Shown piece after piece: positions 26,400 to 35,854 of a stretch of 64,000 nucleotides of DNA; position 1 is the first letter of the stretch, and each line of letters opens with the position of its first letter. The stretch spans positions 26,368 to 90,367 of the forward strand of contig JBAXOX010000008.1 of assembly GCA_037133015.1 (NCBI GenBank), in the 5' to 3' direction. The translations under genes were made by a program, and so were the position numbers. This stretch comes from Acidobacteriota bacterium (GTDB lineage Bacteria; Acidobacteriota; Vicinamibacteria; Vicinamibacterales; JAKQTR01). A model generated the notes under the pieces. It had not been told where the DNA came from. It did no database searches and saw nothing but the letters and a program-made list of their open reading frames with translations.

Positions 26400-28031
26400 G
26401 TGAACAACAGCGTATTCAGTTTTTCCGAGCCCGTTCATGAGCCCGTCAGCGATTTTGCGCCCGGTTCGCCGGCACGTGCGCTGTTGAAGCAGGAACTGAC
26501 GCGGATGGCCAACCAGGTGGTGGACATCCCGCTGATCATCGGGGGGAAAGAGATTCGGACCGGTCGCACCCGGGACGTGGTGATGCCGTGCGATCACGGC
26601 CACGTGCTGGCCCGGTGCCATCAGGCCGGAGAGGCCGAAGTGCGGATGGCGATCGACGCCGCGCTGGCGGCGCACGACGCCTGGGCCACCCTGTCGTGGA
26701 TCGAGCGGGCCTCGATCGTGTTGCGCGCCGCCGAACTGCTGTCGGGCCGGTATCGGTACGCGATTGGGGCGGCCACGATGCTGGGGCAGGCCAAGAACGC
26801 CTACCAGGCCGAGATCGACGCGGTGTGCGAGGTGGTCGATTTCCTGCGGCACAACGTGTACTTCGCGTCGCAGGTCTATTCCGATCAGCCGCATTCCGGG
26901 CAGTACGAATTGAACCGGATGGAGTACCGGCCGCTCGAAGGGTTCGTCTATGCGGTGACGCCGTTCAACTTCACCGCCATCGCCTCGAACCTCAACACCT
27001 CGGTGGCGCTGATGGGCAACACCACAGTCTGGAAGCCGGCCAGCACGTCGATGCTGTCCAGCTACATCCTGATGAAGGTGTTCATGGAGGCCGGGTTCCC
27101 GCCTGGCGTCATCAACTTCGTGCCCGGCCAGGGCTCGGTGGTGAGCGAGCAGGTGCTGGCGCATCCGATGTTCGCGGGCTTGCACTTCACCGGATCGAAT
27201 GCCACCTTCGATTCGCTGTGGCGGGCGGTCGGCGCCAGGCTCGGTTCCTACAAGAGCTACCCGCGCATCGTCGGCGAAACCGGAGGCAAAGGATTCGTGT
27301 TCGTCCACAACTCTGCCAACGCGCTTGAAGTGGCGACGGCGTTGGTGCGGGGCGGATTCGAATATCAGGGCCAGAAGTGTTCGGCGGCGTCGCGGGCCTA
27401 CATTCCCGCCTCGATGTGGCCCGAGGTGCAGCGGTTCGTCGGGGAGATGCTCGGGCGCGTGAAGACGGGCGACGTGCGCGACTTCAGAAATTTCGTCAAC
27501 GCCGTCATCGACGAGGCCTCGTTCGACAACATCATGGGGTACCTGGCGCGCGCCCGCGACACGGGCGACGCCAGGATCGTGTTCGGTGGTCACGGCGACA
27601 AGTCGAAGGGCTTCTTTATCGAGCCCACGATCGTCCAGGCCTTGAACCCGCGATTCGTCACGATGGAGGAAGAGTTGTTCGGGCCGGTCCTCACCGTGTA
27701 TGTCTACAAGGACGAGGACTATCTCGACGCGCTGGCGTTGTGCGACGCGACGTCTCCGTACGCGCTCACCGGCGCGGTGTTCTCCAACGACCGCTATGCG
27801 TATGTCGAGGCGTGTCGGGTGCTTCGGTACGCCGCCGGTAATTTCTATCTCAACGACAAGCCCACCGGCGCGATGGTGGGACGCCAGCCCTTTGGCGGCG
27901 CGCGCGGTTCGGGGACCAACGACAAGGCGGGCGGCCGGCTCAACCTGCTGCGCTGGACCAGTCCACGCACCATCAAGGAAACCTTCGTGCCGGCGACCGA
28001 TTTCGAGTACCCGTTCATGCGCGAGGCGTGA
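26400..28031 (+). CDS. pruA: L-glutamate gamma-semialdehyde (1-pyrroline-5-carboxylate) dehydrogenase
   Basis: GTG start with AGGAG upstream. The aldehyde dehydrogenase fold is supported by VWKPASTS, ETGGKGFVF and FEYQGQKCSAASR (catalytic Cys). The N-terminal FSFSEPVHEPV...DIPLIIGGKEIRTG is typical of the P5CDH (ALDH4) group. Confidence 0.9.
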   Translation: MNNSVFSFSEPVHEPVSDFAPGSPARALLKQELTRMANQVVDIPLIIGGKEIRTGRTRDVVMPCDHGHVLARCHQAGEAEVRMAIDAALAAHDAWATLSWIERASIVLRAAELLSGRYRYAIGAATMLGQAKNAYQAEIDAVCEVVDFLRHNVYFASQVYSDQPHSGQYELNRMEYRPLEGFVYAVTPFNFTAIASNLNTSVALMGNTTVWKPASTSMLSSYILMKVFMEAGFPPGVINFVPGQGSVVSEQVLAHPMFAGLHFTGSNATFDSLWRAVGARLGSYKSYPRIVGETGGKGFVFVHNSANALEVATALVRGGFEYQGQKCSAASRAYIPASMWPEVQRFVGEMLGRVKTGDVRDFRNFVNAVIDEASFDNIMGYLARARDTGDARIVFGGHGDKSKGFFIEPTIVQALNPRFVTMEEELFGPVLTVYVYKDEDYLDALALCDATSPYALTGAVFSNDRYAYVEACRVLRYAAGNFYLNDKPTGAMVGRQPFGGARGSGTNDKAGGRLNLLRWTSPRTIKETFVPATDFEYPFMREA

Positions 28032-28062
28032 AGGGCGGCTGACGGCCGAGGCGATTCGCCGC

Positions 28063-28068
28063 TATAAT
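28063..28068 (+). promoter_or_regulatory. Putative sigma70-type promoter (-10 TATAAT; -35-like CTGACG 18 nt upstream)
   Basis: tataat at 28063-28068 and ctgacg at 28039-28044, 57 nt upstream of ATG 28125. Confidence 0.35.
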
Positions 28069-28124
28069 GGACCACTGATTTGGCCGGGTCGGCAGGGCCC
28101 TGGCGTGACGCGAACTGAGGCATC

Positions 28125-28874
28125 ATGAAGCGAACCGAACGACACCACCTCAAGGAGAATGAATTTGCCGGGTGGCTGCTGGCCGCGAAGGCGTGGTACG
28201 GCGCGAACCGGAACGTCCTGCTGCTCGGGAGCGTCGCGGTCGCCGTTGTGGCGATTGGCGTGGTCGGGACGGTGGTGGTTCGGCAGAACACCGCGACGAC
28301 GGCCAGCCGCCTGTTGGGCGAGGCGATGGCAGTGGCCGACGCGCCGGTGATGGCGCCGACCTCCGGCGAGGCCGGCAAGGCGCCGACGCAGGCCCCCGGG
28401 TCCTATCCGTCGGACCGCGCCCGGCTTGAGGCGGCGCTTCCCAAATTGCTGGCGGTGGCCGAGGCGTACCCCGACTCCGAACCTGGCGTGATGGCGAGGT
28501 ACCGGGCCGCCGCGGCGCTGGTCACCGTGGGCCGGACGGCCGAAGGCATCGAGCGCTACCGCGAAGTGGCCGCCAAGTCGAACGGCGTCTACCAGGTGAT
28601 GGCGAAACTGGGTATTGCCGATGCGCAGTTGACGGCGGGCCAGTACGACCCGGCGATCGCGTCGCTCAAGGAACTGGCCCAGCAGACCACAGGCGATGCG
28701 CCGGTCGATGGCGTCCTGATGCAGTTGGCGCGAGGCTACCGGCTGGCGGGGAAATCCGACGAGGCGCGCAAGACGTTTCGGCGCGTGGCCGACGAGTTTC
28801 CGCAGTCGCCGTACGCGTCGGTCGCCCGTCGCGAGATCGATGGGGCCGCCGGCGCCGCAGCTGCGGTTCGCTAA
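28125..28874 (+). CDS. Membrane-anchored tetratricopeptide-repeat protein (YfgM-like architecture)
   Basis: N-terminal MKRTERHHLKENEF, then a TM helix VLLLGSVAVAVVAIGVVGTVVV, then TPR-like helical repeats (GQYDPAIASLKELA..., YRLAGKSDEARKTFRRVADEFPQSPYA). Confidence 0.7.
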   Translation: MKRTERHHLKENEFAGWLLAAKAWYGANRNVLLLGSVAVAVVAIGVVGTVVVRQNTATTASRLLGEAMAVADAPVMAPTSGEAGKAPTQAPGSYPSDRARLEAALPKLLAVAEAYPDSEPGVMARYRAAAALVTVGRTAEGIERYREVAAKSNGVYQVMAKLGIADAQLTAGQYDPAIASLKELAQQTTGDAPVDGVLMQLARGYRLAGKSDEARKTFRRVADEFPQSPYASVARREIDGAAGAAAAVR

Positions 28875-28886
28875 TCGCGCGGCCCG

Positions 28887-29777
28887 TCAGCGGGCCAGGA
28901 ATCGATATCCCACCAGCTTGTAGACCAGGCGCGCGGCGAGAAAGTTCGGCGCCGCGATGCCTGGCAGCGGGCACAGTTCCACCACGTCGCAGGCCACCAC
29001 GGTCCGCCGGGACATCACCAGCCGCAGCAGCGCGAGTAACTCCCGCCAGTTCAGTCCGCCCGGCTCGGGTGTGCCCACCGCCGGCATGATGGCCGGGTCG
29101 AGCCCGTCGCAGTCGATGGTGACGTACACTTTCGGGCTGAGCTTCTCGACGGCGCGCTCCATCCACTCCGGATCGTCCCTCATGTTCCAGTCGTAGAACA
29201 CCGTGGTGTTGAGCGAGGGCAGCGCGTGCGCCTCGCCGGCCGACAGATTGCGGATCGCCACCTGCACGGCTGGCGCGTGTTCGAGCACGCGGCGCATGGC
29301 GCTGGCGTGGCTGCGCGGATCGCCCATGTAACTTTCGCGAAGGTCGGCGTGCGCGTCGATGTGAAGGACGCTGAGGCCCGCATGCTGCTCGGCCACCCCA
29401 GCCACCAGCGGCGCGGTGAGGGCATGCTCGCCCCCGAGGGCGACGAAAAACTTTCCCGACGCGGCCAGCCACGCGGCCGTGCGCTGGATCTCGGCAAACG
29501 CCTGCTCGGTTCGCGCAAACGGCAGTTCCATCGCGGGCAGCGTGTAGATGCCGACATCGGCGATCTCGGTGCCCAGTTCCTCGTCGTACAGCTCCACCTG
29601 GCTCGACGCGGCGATAATTTCGTGCGGTCCGTTCTTGGTGCCCGACACAAACGAGGTCGTGCGCTCGAACGGGATCGGCAGAATCACGGCCTTCGCCCGG
29701 TCGAAGGAATCCGGCCCCTGCTCAAGCGCGCAGAAGGTGAATGGCAACGAGGGGTGGTAGGGAAGTGTCGGCATCAT
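28887..29777 (-). CDS. speB: Agmatinase (arginase/ureohydrolase family)
   Basis: Ureohydrolase Mn-binding motifs are present: GGEHALT, LHIDAHADLR and VTIDCDGLDP. Confidence 0.88.
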   Translation of the reverse strand: MMPTLPYHPSLPFTFCALEQGPDSFDRAKAVILPIPFERTTSFVSGTKNGPHEIIAASSQVELYDEELGTEIADVGIYTLPAMELPFARTEQAFAEIQRTAAWLAASGKFFVALGGEHALTAPLVAGVAEQHAGLSVLHIDAHADLRESYMGDPRSHASAMRRVLEHAPAVQVAIRNLSAGEAHALPSLNTTVFYDWNMRDDPEWMERAVEKLSPKVYVTIDCDGLDPAIMPAVGTPEPGGLNWRELLALLRLVMSRRTVVACDVVELCPLPGIAAPNFLAARLVYKLVGYRFLAR

Positions 29778-29828
29778 GCTGTTGATTCTATACGGGGACC
29801 CCCCGCGGGCAGCGGCCTGATGCGTCGG

Positions 29829-31394
29829 TCACCGCCCCGCCGTCGCATTCGCGGCGATGCCCGCGCCCGGCCCGCGCCAGACGTTTCGGAGAAAGCGAAA
29901 ATCTGCGGCCGGTCCAATCTCGATGTCCCGCAGGGTCGATTGGGCGACCACCACGTTGGTCTTGTACCACAGGCTCACGTACGGCGCTTCTTCGGCGACC
30001 AGCCGCTGCACGTCTCCGTACAGCGCCCGGCGGCGGACCTGGTCGGTCGACCCGGTGGCCTGATCGATCAGCGCGTCCACCGCGGGGTTCGAGTAGAAGC
30101 CGCGGTTGAATCCGACTGGCGGCATCTGTTTCGAATGGAACACGCGGCGCAGCATGTCGGGGTCGGAGACGCCGACCCATTGCAGCGTGAACAACTGGAA
30201 ACTGCCCCGAAGCACGTCGGCGTAGAGCGTGGCGAATTCGTACGCCCTCACGTCGAGGGCGATGCCCACGTGCCTCAGATTCTGCTGAATGACCGACGAC
30301 TGCAGTCGATTGAACTCCGAGGACGACACCTTGAGCGTCAGCGAGAATCGCGGCGCGGCGTCGGGCCCGGCCGACTGGCGGTATCCCGCTTCGTCGAGCA
30401 GGGCCATGGCGCGCGCCGGGTCGAACCGGTACTGCTGCACGTCGCCGTCGAACGCCCACGACATCGGCGGCACGACGCCGGAGGCGGGAAGTGCGAGTCC
30501 GCGCCGCAAGTGATCGACGATCGCCTGCCGATCGATCGCGTAGCAGAGCGCCTGACGGACGCGCCGGTCGCGCAGCACTGGGTCGCGCAGGTTGATCCCG
30601 ACATAGGCGTAGTCGGTGCCGGGCGTGGTAATCACCTGGAGCGTGCGGCTGGTCCGGAGTTGATGCACCAGATCGGGCGCCAGGTCGTTGACCACGACAT
30701 CGGCGCCGCCTTGTTGCAGTTCGAGGCCGCGCATCATGTCGTCTGGAATCACGCGGAACAGAAGCGTCCGGTTGCGCGGCGGGCCTTCGAAATACGTGTC
30801 GAAGGCCGCCAGTTCGACCCAGTCGTCCGGAGCGTGGCCGACGAAGCGGTACGGTCCGGTGCCGACCGGGTGCTGCGCCAGCGCGGCCCCGGCGCCAGCC
30901 GCGACGACCGGCATCACCAGGTTGACGGGAAAGGACCCGAACGGCTCCAGCAGCGTAAACTCCACGGTGTAGCGGTCGATGGCGCGAACCCGCTTCAAGA
31001 GGCGATAGGCGCCTTTGCGCGGAGAGACGAATGCCGGGTCGAGAAAGCTGTTGAATGTATAGACGACATCGGCCGAGGTGAGCTCGTGGCCGTCGTGGAA
31101 CCGCACGCCTCGCCTGAGATGCACCACGTACGTCGTCGGGTCGGGCTGGTTCCAGTCGGTGGCCAGGCCGGGCGACACGCGGAGCTGATCGTCAATCCGG
31201 AACAGCTGGTCGTAGATCAGCTGATGAAGGCGCTGCGACACTTCGTCTGTCCCGATGCGCGGGTCGAGGTTGTTGGGCGAGCTGACAATGGCCACGCGAA
31301 TCGTGTCGGGTGACGGTGGGGGCGTGCGACGGCAGCCCGCGCCGCACGCCAGGATGGCCGCACAGACGATTCCCGGCCAGCCGGCCCTCGTCAT
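29829..31394 (-). CDS. ABC transporter substrate-binding protein, family 5 (peptide/nickel type), lipoprotein-like
   Basis: Within ORF 29829..31727. ATG 31394 overlaps the mutS TGA (ATGA). The N-terminus is MTRAGWPGIVCAAILACGAGC, followed by IRVAIVSSPNNLDPRIGTDEVSQRLHQLIYDQLF, typical of SBP family 5. Confidence 0.85.
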   Translation of the reverse strand: MTRAGWPGIVCAAILACGAGCRRTPPPSPDTIRVAIVSSPNNLDPRIGTDEVSQRLHQLIYDQLFRIDDQLRVSPGLATDWNQPDPTTYVVHLRRGVRFHDGHELTSADVVYTFNSFLDPAFVSPRKGAYRLLKRVRAIDRYTVEFTLLEPFGSFPVNLVMPVVAAGAGAALAQHPVGTGPYRFVGHAPDDWVELAAFDTYFEGPPRNRTLLFRVIPDDMMRGLELQQGGADVVVNDLAPDLVHQLRTSRTLQVITTPGTDYAYVGINLRDPVLRDRRVRQALCYAIDRQAIVDHLRRGLALPASGVVPPMSWAFDGDVQQYRFDPARAMALLDEAGYRQSAGPDAAPRFSLTLKVSSSEFNRLQSSVIQQNLRHVGIALDVRAYEFATLYADVLRGSFQLFTLQWVGVSDPDMLRRVFHSKQMPPVGFNRGFYSNPAVDALIDQATGSTDQVRRRALYGDVQRLVAEEAPYVSLWYKTNVVVAQSTLRDIEIGPAADFRFLRNVWRGPGAGIAANATAGR

Positions 31395-34072
31395 GGCTCC
31401 AGCGTCCGCTTCAAATCCGCGACGAGGGTGAGCGCCTCGAGCGGCGTCAATCGATCGACATCGATGTCGCGCACGCGCTTCGCGATGGCGTCGGCCGGCG
31501 TCTGGGCGTCGAACAGTCCCAGCTGCAGGCGCGGATCGGTGCCTCCGCCGGTGGCCGATGGGCGACCGCCTCTGGCGAGCGCGTCCTGCTCGAGGGCGCT
31601 GAGAATGCTGCGCGCCCGGGAGATGACTTCGGAGGGAATCCCGGCCAGTCGCGCCACCTGAATGCCGTAGCTGCGGTCCGATCGGCCCGGCACCACCTTC
31701 CGCAGAAAGACGATGTCGTCCTTCCATTCGCGGGCGGCGACGTGGGCATTGACCACGCCGGGCACCGAGTCGGCCAAATCGGTCAACTCGTGATAGTGCG
31801 TCGCAAACACCGTCTTGGGTCGCGCCAGGCTGGTGGTCGCCAGATGTTCGGCCACCGCCCAGGCGATGCTCAACCCGTCGAAGGTGGAGGTGCCGCGCCC
31901 GATTTCGTCAAGGATGACCAGGCTGCGCGAAGTGGCGGAGTGCAGGATGTTCGCCGTCTCCTGCATTTCCGCCATGAACGTGGACTGGCCGCGCGTGATG
32001 TTGTCGGAGGCGCCGACGCGCGCAAAAATCCGATCCACCAGCCCCAACTTCGCCTCGCGCGCTGGAACGAACGAGCCGGCCTGCGCCATCAAACAGATCA
32101 GCGCGATCTGCCTCAAATAGGTCGATTTGCCGCCCATGTTGGGGCCGGTCAGAATCACCAACTGGCGCGACGTGGCGTCGAGCACCGTGTCGTTGGGCAC
32201 GAATGCATCGGTCAGATAGCGCTCCACCACGGGATGCCGCCCGTCGATGATCGCCAGGTCGGATCCCTCGTGGACGTGTGGCTTGACGAAGTTGTGGAGC
32301 GCCGCGGTGTCGGCCAGCGCGGCGAGCACGTCGAGGGTGGCGACGGCGCGCGCGCTGTCCAAAATGCTGGGGGCGTCTGCAGCCACTCTGGTGCGCAACG
32401 CCTCGAACAACTCGATTTCCCGTTCGAGGATGCGCTCGTCGGCCCCGAGTACCTTGGTCTCGTAGTCCTTCAACGCGGGCGTGACGAAGCGTTCTCCGCC
32501 GGCAATCGTCTGCTTGCGCTGGTAGTCGTCCGGCACGGCGTGGAGATTCGACTTCGAGATTTCGATGTAGTAGCCGAAGACGCGGTTGTAGCGCACCTTG
32601 AGCGACGCGATGCCGGTCCGGGCGCGCTCGTGCTCCTCCATCTCGGCAATCACCTGCTTGCCGGACCTCGAGATCTGCCGCAGCTGATCGAGTTCGGGAT
32701 CGACCCCGTCGCGGATGCAGCCGCCTTCGCGGGCCAGCACGGGCGGATCGTCGGCGAGGCTCCCCTCGATGGCGTCGCGCACCGCCGGCACATCGTCCAA
32801 CTGGGCGACGAGGCTGCCGACCATCGGCGCCTGGAACAGCTCGAGGATGGCGCGCAGGCGGGGCAGCACGCCGAGCGATGCCTTGAGGGCGCCCAGATCG
32901 CGTGGCCCGGCCGTGCCCAACGCCGTGCGCGAGACGAGCCGTTCGAGGTCGTGCACCCCGTGGAGCGCATCGCGAAACTTGGCGCGCTCGGTGGCGCGAA
33001 ACGCGAAGTCTTCGACCGCGTCGAGGCGGTCGCGAATCGGTTCGATGGCCACCAGGGGACGCAGCAGCCAGGCGCGCAGCAATCGCGCGCCCATCGCCGA
33101 GACGGTGCGATCGAGTTCGTGCAGCAGCGAGCCGGCGCGGCCGCCGTCAAGCGAGTCGGTGATTTCGAGGTGCTTGATGGTGAGCGGGTCCAGAATCAGC
33201 CGGTCGGCGTGCGGCTTGAACGTGATCGATCGGACGTGCGTGAGCTCGGCTTTTTGTGTGTCCCGGAGGTGCGAGATCAGAGCGCCCGCGGCTCTGACGG
33301 CCGCGGGATGATCGTCGAGGCCGAATCCGTCCAGCGCGTGGACCCGGAGTTGCGCCAGGAGGGTTCTGCGGGCCGCGTCGTGATCGAAGAGCCAGTCGTC
33401 GACCCTGGTCAGACTCGCGTTGGCGAGCAGCGTGGGGGGAAGCACGGCCGCCGCGTCGAGGCTGGCGGCGAGCAGGATCTCGCGCGGGCGCAAGACCGCA
33501 ATCTCGTCGGCCAACTGCTGCATCCCGTCGCGGCCGCCATATTCGGCGGCCATAAACTCCCCGGTCGACAGATCCAGCAGCGCGGCGCCGGTCACCGCGG
33601 CGCTCTCGGCCTGCGCGGCCCGCACCGATCCGGCCGCGACGGGGCCAGGCGCGGCAGGCGCGACGGCAAGCAGAAACGCCGACTCGCGCGAATCGAGATA
33701 GCCGGCCTCGGAAAAGGTGCCGGGCGACACCACGCGAACCACTTCGCGCCGCACGAGGCCCTTGGCTTTGCGCGGGTCCTCCACCTGCTCGCAGATCGCG
33801 ACGCGAAACCCCTTCTTGACCAGCCGAGTCAGATAGCCTTCGGCCGCGTGATAGGGCACCCCGCACATCGGAATCTTGCCGCCTTCGGCATCCTTGGAAC
33901 GCGAGGTGAGCGTCAGGTCCAGCGCCCGGGATGCGGTGAGCGCATCCTCGTAGAACATCTCGTAAAAATCGCCCATCCGGAAAAACACGATGGCATCGCG
34001 GTACTGGCGCTTGGCGTCCAGGTACTGCCTCATGGCGGGCGAAGGCTTGGAGTCCGGCGACGCATCACTCAT
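31391..34072 (-). CDS. mutS: DNA mismatch repair protein MutS
   Basis: Preferred start ATG 34072 gives MSDASPDSKPSPAMRQYLDAKRQYRDAIVFFRMGDFYEMFYEDA. Walker A is ILTGPNMGGKSTYLRQ, with DEIGRGTSTFDG and THYHEL also present. Confidence 0.95.
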   Translation of the reverse strand: MSDASPDSKPSPAMRQYLDAKRQYRDAIVFFRMGDFYEMFYEDALTASRALDLTLTSRSKDAEGGKIPMCGVPYHAAEGYLTRLVKKGFRVAICEQVEDPRKAKGLVRREVVRVVSPGTFSEAGYLDSRESAFLLAVAPAAPGPVAAGSVRAAQAESAAVTGAALLDLSTGEFMAAEYGGRDGMQQLADEIAVLRPREILLAASLDAAAVLPPTLLANASLTRVDDWLFDHDAARRTLLAQLRVHALDGFGLDDHPAAVRAAGALISHLRDTQKAELTHVRSITFKPHADRLILDPLTIKHLEITDSLDGGRAGSLLHELDRTVSAMGARLLRAWLLRPLVAIEPIRDRLDAVEDFAFRATERAKFRDALHGVHDLERLVSRTALGTAGPRDLGALKASLGVLPRLRAILELFQAPMVGSLVAQLDDVPAVRDAIEGSLADDPPVLAREGGCIRDGVDPELDQLRQISRSGKQVIAEMEEHERARTGIASLKVRYNRVFGYYIEISKSNLHAVPDDYQRKQTIAGGERFVTPALKDYETKVLGADERILEREIELFEALRTRVAADAPSILDSARAVATLDVLAALADTAALHNFVKPHVHEGSDLAIIDGRHPVVERYLTDAFVPNDTVLDATSRQLVILTGPNMGGKSTYLRQIALICLMAQAGSFVPAREAKLGLVDRIFARVGASDNITRGQSTFMAEMQETANILHSATSRSLVILDEIGRGTSTFDGLSIAWAVAEHLATTSLARPKTVFATHYHELTDLADSVPGVVNAHVAAREWKDDIVFLRKVVPGRSDRSYGIQVARLAGIPSEVISRARSILSALEQDALARGGRPSATGGGTDPRLQLGLFDAQTPADAIAKRVRDIDVDRLTPLEALTLVADLKRTLEP

Positions 34073-34364
34073 AGGATCACTAACGACTATCACCCGAGAC
34101 AACCCTCCAACATTAGCACTTGATCCCCGCGACATGCAGGGGCGCGACCTCACGTACGCCAAGACGGCATGGGGCCGATCAAGGGCACGATGGTCGCACC
34201 GGAGTCGGCGGTCAGGCGGAGTCTCGAGACGGCCACGTCAACACCGAGCGTGTGTCACCGCTCCGGAGCGACGCCGTCGGGTTCTCCTCGCGGGTGTTGT
34301 GTGACCCCGCGGCGCAAAAGGCGATCGGCGATCGTTCGCACGCGACCTGTCGTGGCGTCGGTGG

Positions 34365-35852
34365 TCAGGGCAGATAACTCTCGCCGTACATCAGGTAGCG
34401 ATCGACCCCCTGGGCGGCCCTGCGCCCCTCGTGAATCGCCCAGACGACCAGCGACTGTCCGCGCGACATGTCGCCGGCCGCGAAGATGCCAGGCACACTG
34501 GTCATCTTGTCGGCGTCGGTGACCACGTTGCCGCGTTGGTCGATCGCCACGCTGAGATCGGTCAACGGGCCCTTCTTGTCGGGCCCGAGAAAGCCGAGCG
34601 CCAGCAGAACCAGATCGGCAGGAAACACGCGTTCGCTCCCCTGGATTCCGACGGGATGCACGCGCCCGCTCGCATCGGGCGTCCACTCGACGTTGATGGT
34701 GTGCACCTCGCAGACGCGCCCTTCGACATCGCCCATGAATCGCGTCGTCTGAACCGCGTAGCGTCGAGGGTCCGCGCCGTAGAGGGCCGCCGCCTCTTCC
34801 TGTCCGTAGTCCATCGTGTACGTCCTGGGCCATTGCGGCCAGGGATTGCCGGGCGCGCGCGTGACAGGCGGGCGGGGAAGGATCTCGAACTGGACGACGC
34901 TGGTTGCGTGGTGGCGCAGGGCGGTTCCCACGCAGTCGGTTCCCGTGTCGCCGCCCCCGATGACCACGACGTGCTTGGCCCTGGCCGAGATGAAGAGGCC
35001 ATCGCCATGCGCCGAATCCAACAGGCTTTTGGTGCTGGCGTGCAGAAACTCCATCGCGAGGTGGATGCCGGACAAGCCCCGTGCTTCGACGGGCAGGTCG
35101 CGCGCCAACGCGGCGCCGCAGCACAGCACGGCCGCATCGTAGTCCTCGATGAGGCGCTGGGACGGGACGTCTCGGCCCACCTCCACCCCAGTGACGAATC
35201 GTACGCCGGCATCGGCCATCAGCCGCACGCGCCGATCGACTAGGCGCTTGTCCAGTTTCATGCCGGGGATGCCGTACATCAGCAACCCGCCGATACGGTC
35301 GGCGCGTTCGAATATGGTGACGGTGTGGCCGGCTTTGTTCAACTGCGCGGCGCAGGCCAGGCCCGCGGGCCCCGAACCGACAATGGCCACGCGTTTGCCC
35401 GTTCGTGTGACCGGCGCCTCGGCGGTGATCCAGCCCTCATCGAATGCCCGGTCGGCGATCGCGCTCTCGATCGACTTGATCGCGACGGCGTCGTCGTTCA
35501 ATCCAAGCGTGCACGATCCCTCGCACGGCGCGGGGCACACACGTCCGGTGAATTCGGGAAAGTTGTTCGTCTGGCAGAGACTCACCGCGGCTTCTTTCCA
35601 GAGGCCGCGAAAGACGAGGTCGTTCCAGTCGGGAATCAGATTGCCCAGCGGGCATCCCGATGCCATCCCCGCGATGATCGTGCCGGTATGGCAGAACGGC
35701 GTGCCGCAGTCCATGCAGCGTGCGCCCTGGCGCTGCAGCGTCGCCTCGGGCACCTCGGCATGGAACTCGGCCCAGTCGTGGACGCGATCGAGCGGGGCGC
35801 GCGAGGCGATCGGTTCGCGCGGGAAGTCGATGAATCCTGTTGGCTTGCCCAT
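34365..35852 (-). CDS. gltD: Glutamate synthase small (NADPH) subunit
   Basis: MGKPTGFIDFPREP...ARCMDCGTPFCH, with Rossmann motif VAIVGSGPAGLACAAQL. It lies directly downstream of gltB with a 2-nt gap. Confidence 0.95.
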   Translation of the reverse strand: MGKPTGFIDFPREPIASRAPLDRVHDWAEFHAEVPEATLQRQGARCMDCGTPFCHTGTIIAGMASGCPLGNLIPDWNDLVFRGLWKEAAVSLCQTNNFPEFTGRVCPAPCEGSCTLGLNDDAVAIKSIESAIADRAFDEGWITAEAPVTRTGKRVAIVGSGPAGLACAAQLNKAGHTVTIFERADRIGGLLMYGIPGMKLDKRLVDRRVRLMADAGVRFVTGVEVGRDVPSQRLIEDYDAAVLCCGAALARDLPVEARGLSGIHLAMEFLHASTKSLLDSAHGDGLFISARAKHVVVIGGGDTGTDCVGTALRHHATSVVQFEILPRPPVTRAPGNPWPQWPRTYTMDYGQEEAAALYGADPRRYAVQTTRFMGDVEGRVCEVHTINVEWTPDASGRVHPVGIQGSERVFPADLVLLALGFLGPDKKGPLTDLSVAIDQRGNVVTDADKMTSVPGIFAAGDMSRGQSLVVWAIHEGRRAAQGVDRYLMYGESYLP

Positions 35853-35854
35853 CC

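Noticed and set aside
31310-34123. 937-aa plus-strand ORF, with 29226..31313 plus
   Set aside because: They are antisense to mutS and the substrate-binding protein, both of which carry clear family motifs on the minus strand.
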